DNA of 42,150 bases, from positions 89,459,379 to 89,501,528 of the forward strand of contig NC_068982.1 in NCBI RefSeq assembly GCF_001194135.2, read 5' to 3'. Of the stretch, positions 36,930 to 42,150 are shown piece after piece. The notes under the pieces were generated by a model. It saw nothing but the letters and a program-made list of their open reading frames with translations. It was not told the DNA's origin and searched no databases. A program made the translations under genes and the position numbers. Origin of the DNA: Octopus bimaculoides (lineage: Eukaryota). Numbering within the stretch: position 1 is the stretch's first letter; each line of letters opens with the position of its first letter.

Positions 36930-37150
36930 AATGTATGTATGTGTACGTGTATATGTATATCAAATGTTGTGCCCTGTTCTTGTAAAAAGTATCAAAGTGT
37001 TTAGTATACACTTCCATTCTTATAGTATAGTACATGCACACATATGTGTACATGTATGTATGTATGTATATCTATATGTATGTATATCTATATGTATGTA
37101 TATGTATGTATACACACACACACATATATATAATATATATACATATATAG
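36930..37150. repeat. (TATG)n/(TA)n/(CA)n simple-repeat block
   Basis: Directly visible. Confidence 0.85.
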
Positions 37151-37569
37151 TGCTCTTACGTCTGTACCATGGTTTTATGCTAATATCCATTCCACTGAAG
37201 ATCCCTGTATTCAGTGTCATGTATGTTAATGTGAAGTTATGATACAGAAATGCATGAGTGTCTGTTTGTGCATGAATGCACAAGTCCTATATCGCTGTTT
37301 TATTTGTATGGTACACTTTTCACACCTAATACAGAATAATTTTATGTGAAGCTATTTTGTTTCCTTATAAATGTGTCTCACTACATTGTAATGCTTTCAT
37401 TTTTATCGTCTTCATATCAAATACTTAAATGACTAATCCTCAATTCTTATTATTGTTATTGATTTCTCATTATGTTGACAGTTGTTTACTATTTTGTGTC
37501 TACAACAAATCGTCCTACCTTTTTACACAGTCTTGCACCTCATTCTTTTGTAAGGGAAGAATTACTTAC

Positions 37570-37708
37570 CATCAGAACTGTTTAGAGAAGAATGATCAAA
37601 TGAGGATGCTGCACGACCTGATCGTTTAGAACCAATTTTCTTAGCTATATTAGCTGTTCCTCTAGAAAGTGATCCCATATAGTTGGAACCCTTCTTTTTC
37701 TTATTATC
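37570..37708 (-). CDS. Internal (penultimate) coding exon of the same host gene: DNKKKKGSNYMGSLSRGTANIAKKIGSKRSGRAASSFDHSSLNSSD+G
   Basis: Acceptor TTTCTTTTATTGCTGTTTCAG|GAT, donor G|GTAAGT. 139 nt = 46 codons + 1. G + AA from 22879 gives GAA (Glu), joining as ...LNSSDESLQKITRW... Confidence 0.85.
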
Positions 37709-37887
37709 CTGAAACAGCAATAAAAGAAATATCATCATCATCATAATTTTAATACTTACATTTCCATACCAGCTTTCATTAGATGAAACTTATCAAACCT
37801 ATTGAGGCACTTTTTATTTTTACAGTTTATTTACTTCCTAATACTAACCCTCACCTGTTTCCAAATAAGGTAATATTTGCTGTAGTC

Positions 37888-38100
37888 AAGGTGGCAAGCT
37901 GGCAGAAACATTAGCACACCAGGCAAAACGCTTAGTGGTGTTTCGTCTGTCTTTACGTTCTGAGTTCATATTCCACCAAGGCGACTTTGTCTTTCATCCT
38001 TTCAGGGTCAATAAATTAAGTACCAGTTGCATACTAAGGTCGATCTAATTGACTGGCCCCCTCCCCCAAAATTTTAAGCTGTGTGCCTAGAGTAGAAAAG
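37888..38100 (+). mobile_element. SINE family A, well preserved, with ~16-bp TSD
   Basis: Head GGTGGCAAGCTGGCAGAAAC, B-box GAGTTCATATTCC, tail GTGCCTAGAGTAGAAAAG. AATATTTGCT(G/C)TAGTC at 37872-37887 and 38101-38116. Confidence 0.9.
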
Positions 38101-38274
38101 AATATTTGCTCTAGTCCTTCAAACAATAAACAACACAATAGCTGGGTGTGGTTTTGTCAGAGTGCATGGTGAATATTAAGACCTTGTTTCTATGCAGCAT
38201 ACAATCAACGTTTAGATAAAGGAAAGACAGAAGACAGAAGCACACACACACACACACACATACACACATGCATA

Positions 38275-38435
38275 CACGTGTCTTACAAGCTTCTTAGAGT
38301 TCTCATCTACTACTTCAACTCACAAGGCATTGGTCAGCCCAAGACCAAAGAAGGCTCCTTTTCACAGTGGTATGCAGTGGAAATAAACTTTAAAACACAT
38401 GGTTATGAAGCAAAATTCTTAACTACACAGTTATA
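38275..38435 (-). mobile_element. SINE family C (decayed) with CA-repeat tail
   Basis: CAACTCACAAGGCATTGGTCAGCCC...ACATGGTTATGAAGCAAAATTCTTAACTACACAG. Confidence 0.7.
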
Positions 38436-38619
38436 TATGTTTTTATAAACTATTAATAAATCCTGGAACCCTATGCATGTAAAATAAATAAATAAAGAAA
38501 TAAATAAAGAAAGAAAAGTTTGCTATAAAGTGAAAGATCATCTGTGTACACATGAAATCATTTCTGAAAAATATGAAAGATCATTGAACATTTATATCTG
38601 TGGCGGTCATAGCTGAGAT

Positions 38620-38830
38620 GAAAACTCACAGAGTTGTAAAATTGGGTATAGGAAAGATATTAGATGTAGTTTGCTAGAGAGAAGACTGCAATGGTATGGT
38701 AATGTGATGCATAGGGATGAAGACAGCTGCATAAAAGGGCACAGGTTACTAAATGCGAATTGAAGCTGTGAAAGAAGGAAACCCAAGAAGACATGGAACA
38801 AAATAGTAAAGACAAACCTGTGCCTGCATC
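38620..38830 (+). mobile_element. RTE-clade LINE 3' coding fragment
   Basis: RRLQWYGNVMHRDEDSCIK...RRKPKKTWNKIVKTNL, the RLRW.GHV.RM...RGRP.KTW motif. Confidence 0.75.
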
Positions 38831-38870
38831 TGAGATACATATATACACACACATGTCTGTGCATGCCCAC

Positions 38871-38909
<39 letters not shown>

Positions 38910-39449
38910 AGGTCAGTTATAAGACATGTGACATGAATTAATTACAATCTGATACAAAGTAGTGCAACTTGGGCTATATTTCTTTTTATTCTTATATTTT
39001 CTTTTTCTCCATGATAATCTAGAAGGCTTAAATCTGTTGAAGTATTTACTTGAATTATTTTCTCAAAGGACAACAGGGTATATCTAATTTCTGTTATCCC
39101 TTAACTGAAAATACAGTTGTTATTAAATTATCCTCTGATAAACACAGATTAGTAGAATGTTAAATGGCTTTAACAAAGAGAAAAAAAACTGTTTCATGTT
39201 TGTAGCAGGTTTTTATTTACATTTTTGTTGTTCTAAATTCCAGTTTGCTATTTGCATAAGCATAAATTAAGGGTGTGAGCATTCAAATTATATTGGAAAT
39301 ATGTACAAATTGAAATTTGTATCAAAATTCAAGGATAAACAAAAAAGATAAAGTATAAATTTGATTGAAAACTAAATGTTCAGTTTTTATTCAATTTTGT
39401 CAAAAATCCAAGTGATTGTATGTATGTATGTATGTATGTATCTGTTTAT

Positions 39450-41835
39450 ATCCCAGTGTAGCATATCCCATGAAACACTGGGGTATGTTACTGCCAGGCA
39501 CAGAGACTGGTTTGTTGAAAATGATGCTGAAATTCAGCGACTATTGGTGGTAAAGCGCTATGCCCACAGTGTATTGCTACACAGAGAACTGTCCACTGTG
39601 CAGCGAAGTCTAGCACTTGCCCACAATAACAGTGTAAAATCACTACTGCAGCGATCTCTCAGGAAGATGCAGAACACTTGGTGGGAGGATCTTGCTCGTG
39701 ATGTTCAGGCTGCTGCTGATGCAAATGACAGCGAGAAGCTTTACCATCTTATGAAGCAAGCTTATGGACCTAAGAGCTCCACATCAGCTCCTTTGCTTTC
39801 CAAGGAGTCTTCCACTCTGTTTACTAAATCAACAGAAATCACAGGTCGCTGGATTGAACTCTTCTCTGAACTCCTAAACCATAAGCCAGTTGTGGATAAA
39901 ACAGTGATTGATACTATGCAACAAAGACATCATTGGCTCTTTAAACACCTCACCTTCAAGAGATGAAGTAATGACATCAATAAATAAATTGAATCTTGGT
40001 AGGGCACCTGGAAAGGATGCAATTTGTGCTGAGGTCTTGCAATTTGGTGGTAATTACATCACACAGTCCCTTCATGAACTTATTAGTGCAGTCTGGAGGG
40101 ATGGTGCAATGCCTAAGGACTAGAAGGGTGCAATGCCTAAGGACTAGAAGGATGCAATTATTCTTCCTCTATACAAAGGAAAAGGAGCCAGAACAATGTG
40201 TGGTAACTACAGAGGTATTGCTCTATTATCAGCTGCTGGCAAGGTTCTGGCAAATATTCTTCTTACCCGTCTGAATGGGTATCTCGTAAATGATGTCCTA
40301 TCAGAATCTCAATGAGGCTTCCGATCTGGTAGAGGGACAATGGATATGATTTTCACAGCAAGTCAAATGCAGGAGAAGTACTATGAGCAGAATATGGATC
40401 TTGTCCAGGTATGCATTGATTTAACAAAGGCCTTTGATACTGTAAATAGGGCCTTTCTATGGAAAATACTTGGCAAACTTGGATGTCTGGATCACTTTGT
40501 ATCTATAATTAAATCATTTCATGATGGGATGGAGGCTTGGGTCAATGTTGGTGGTGGCATGGTGGGACCCATTCCTGTAGAGAATGGTGTCAAGCAGAGT
40601 GACATCCTTGCCCCAACTCTCTTTTCTTCGTACTTTGCTGCTGCTTTTACTCATGCTTTTGCTAAGGTTAGCTCTCTGGGAATATATGTCAGATATTGAT
40701 CTTCTGGCCGCCTCTTTAATCTTCACCGATTTGCTGCCAATTCAAAAGTTCTCCAGTCTATTATTCGTGACCTCCTTTATGCAGATGACTGAGACTTAGT
40801 CACTCATACAGTGGATGACATGCAAATACTCATGAATTGCATTTCTGCTTCTTGCAAGGCATTTGGACTCAGCATTAGCCTGTTGTAATGTTCCAGCCTG
40901 CACCAGGAAATCCATTTGTGAAACCAACTATCTTGGTTGAAGGAACAATTCTGAAGTTGGTCTACCTGGGCAGTACACTCAGCTGTTCTTGCTTCCTGGA
41001 TGAGGAAATATCTTTCAGGTTGCAGAGAACAACTAATTCCTTCCGGTCTCTTTAGTCCTGTGTCTGGTCCCAGCATGGCATCGCAAGGCAAACAAAAGTN
41101 NNNNNNNNNTCCTGTGTCTGGTCCCAGCATGGCATCGCAAGGCAAACAAAAGTTGCTGTGTACCGTGCATGTGTACTGACATCGCTCCTCTACTCATGTG
41201 AGACATGGACTCTTTAAAAACGTCAGGTAAGGGTCCTTGAATGCTTTCATCAGAAATGTTTCAGACACATTCTCAATGTTGGCTGGACCTCAAAAATTCC
41301 AGACACACAGGCCCTGAGAATAGCTGATATCTTGAGTATTGAGGTAATGGTGCACTTGAGGCAATGGTGCACAAGCACCGGTTACGTTGGACTGGACACC
41401 TTCTATGAATGAAGACTAGCAAGATCCCTAAGCAGATGCTATATGGGAGACTTGTGAATGGAAGGAGACTCCGGCAGAAACCAAGGCTGCGATTTAAGGA
41501 CTGTGTCAAGTCTTCATTAAAGGCCTGTGATATGCAGGACACTGACTGGGAGAACAATGCCTGTCATCGCCACAGATGGAGGAAGCAGGTTAAGGAGGGG
41601 ATCGACACTTTGAGAGAGCACATATCCTGTGTGAAGAACTTAAGCGAGCTGTGCAAAAGTGCACGGCTCGTGTAGTGAATGGGGAGAGCTTGGTCTGCAA
41701 TGTTTGCAGTTGTGTATGCAGGGCTCATTAGCCACCAACGGAGCAGCAAATGCAAAATATAAGTTAGTCCTAGAGCGCACAATGTTCCTGACGGTGAGCA
41801 ATGGTCTTCCTCGGTCACAAGTGGACGGCCATCAT
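39450..41835 (+). mobile_element. 5'-truncated RTE (BovB-like) LINE: linker, RT, C-terminal region; frameshifted
   Basis: RHRDWFVENDAEIQRLL; GRAPGKDAI; NYRGIALLS; GFRSGRGTMDMIFTASQMQEK...IDLTKAFDTVNR...GVKQSDILAPTLFS; DLLYADD; IPKQMLYGRL...PRLRFKDCVK; terminal C..C...GLISHQR. 24-bp tandem duplication at 40103-40150. Confidence 0.93.
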
Positions 41836-41917
41836 TTGTTTATATATGTATGTTTGTATGCATTTATATATGTAAGTATATATATCCATAAATCTGTTCA
41901 TGTCTCTTTGAATTTGA

Positions 41918-42150
41918 ATCATCATCATCATCGTTTAACGTCGGCCTTCCATGCTAGCATGTGTTGGACGATTTGACTGAGGACTGGTGAAACCGGATGG
42001 CAACACCAGGCTCCAGTCTGATTTGGCAGAGTTTCTACAGCTGGATGCCCTTCCTAACGCCAACCACTCAGAGAGTGTAGTGGGTGCTTTTACGTGTCAC
42101 CCGCACGAAAACGGCCACGCTCGAAATGGTGTCTTTTATGTGCCACCCAC
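41918..42150 (-). mobile_element. SINE/LINE-tail element ending in (ATG)n; runs off the window
   Basis: (CAT)n-CGTTTAACGTC...CCATGCTAGCATG...GGATGCCCTTCCTAACGCCAACC; same family as 6470-6690, with CpGs better preserved. Confidence 0.85.

Noticed and set aside
41056-41153. 44-bp direct repeat flanking a 10-N gap
   Set aside because: Identical sequence on both sides of the gap indicates an unmerged contig overlap (assembly artefact).

Overview
AT-rich, repeat-dense animal genomic DNA with several N gaps. The repeat landscape (SINE families, RTE, R4/Dong, (TA)n/(CA)n blocks) looks octopod-like; this is inferred from recognising repeat families, not from a search. The only host gene I can support is on the minus strand, seen as its last two coding exons (37570-37708 and 22710-22879). 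They join in phase across a ~14.7 kb intron and give a Ser/Lys-rich C-terminus I cannot name. Almost all other ORFs in the track are transposon relics or microsatellite artefacts. Transposon relics: a CR1/L2-type LINE, two RTE-clade LINEs, a decayed R4/Dong-like LINE, a deleted Ty3/gypsy element between ~200-bp direct repeats, a deleted mariner with two left ends, a hAT scrap and many tRNA-derived SINEs. Most interesting: (i) six decayed Penelope-type minimal hammerhead-ribozyme motifs at four loci, including a TSD-flanked element that joins a tRNA-like head to inverted hammerhead-bearing arms; (ii) a ~790-bp higher-order tandem repeat built from two ~360/430-bp monomers; (iii) a cluster of long fold-backs in the host intron. 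Family assignments rest on manual translation and remembered motifs; no database searches were run.
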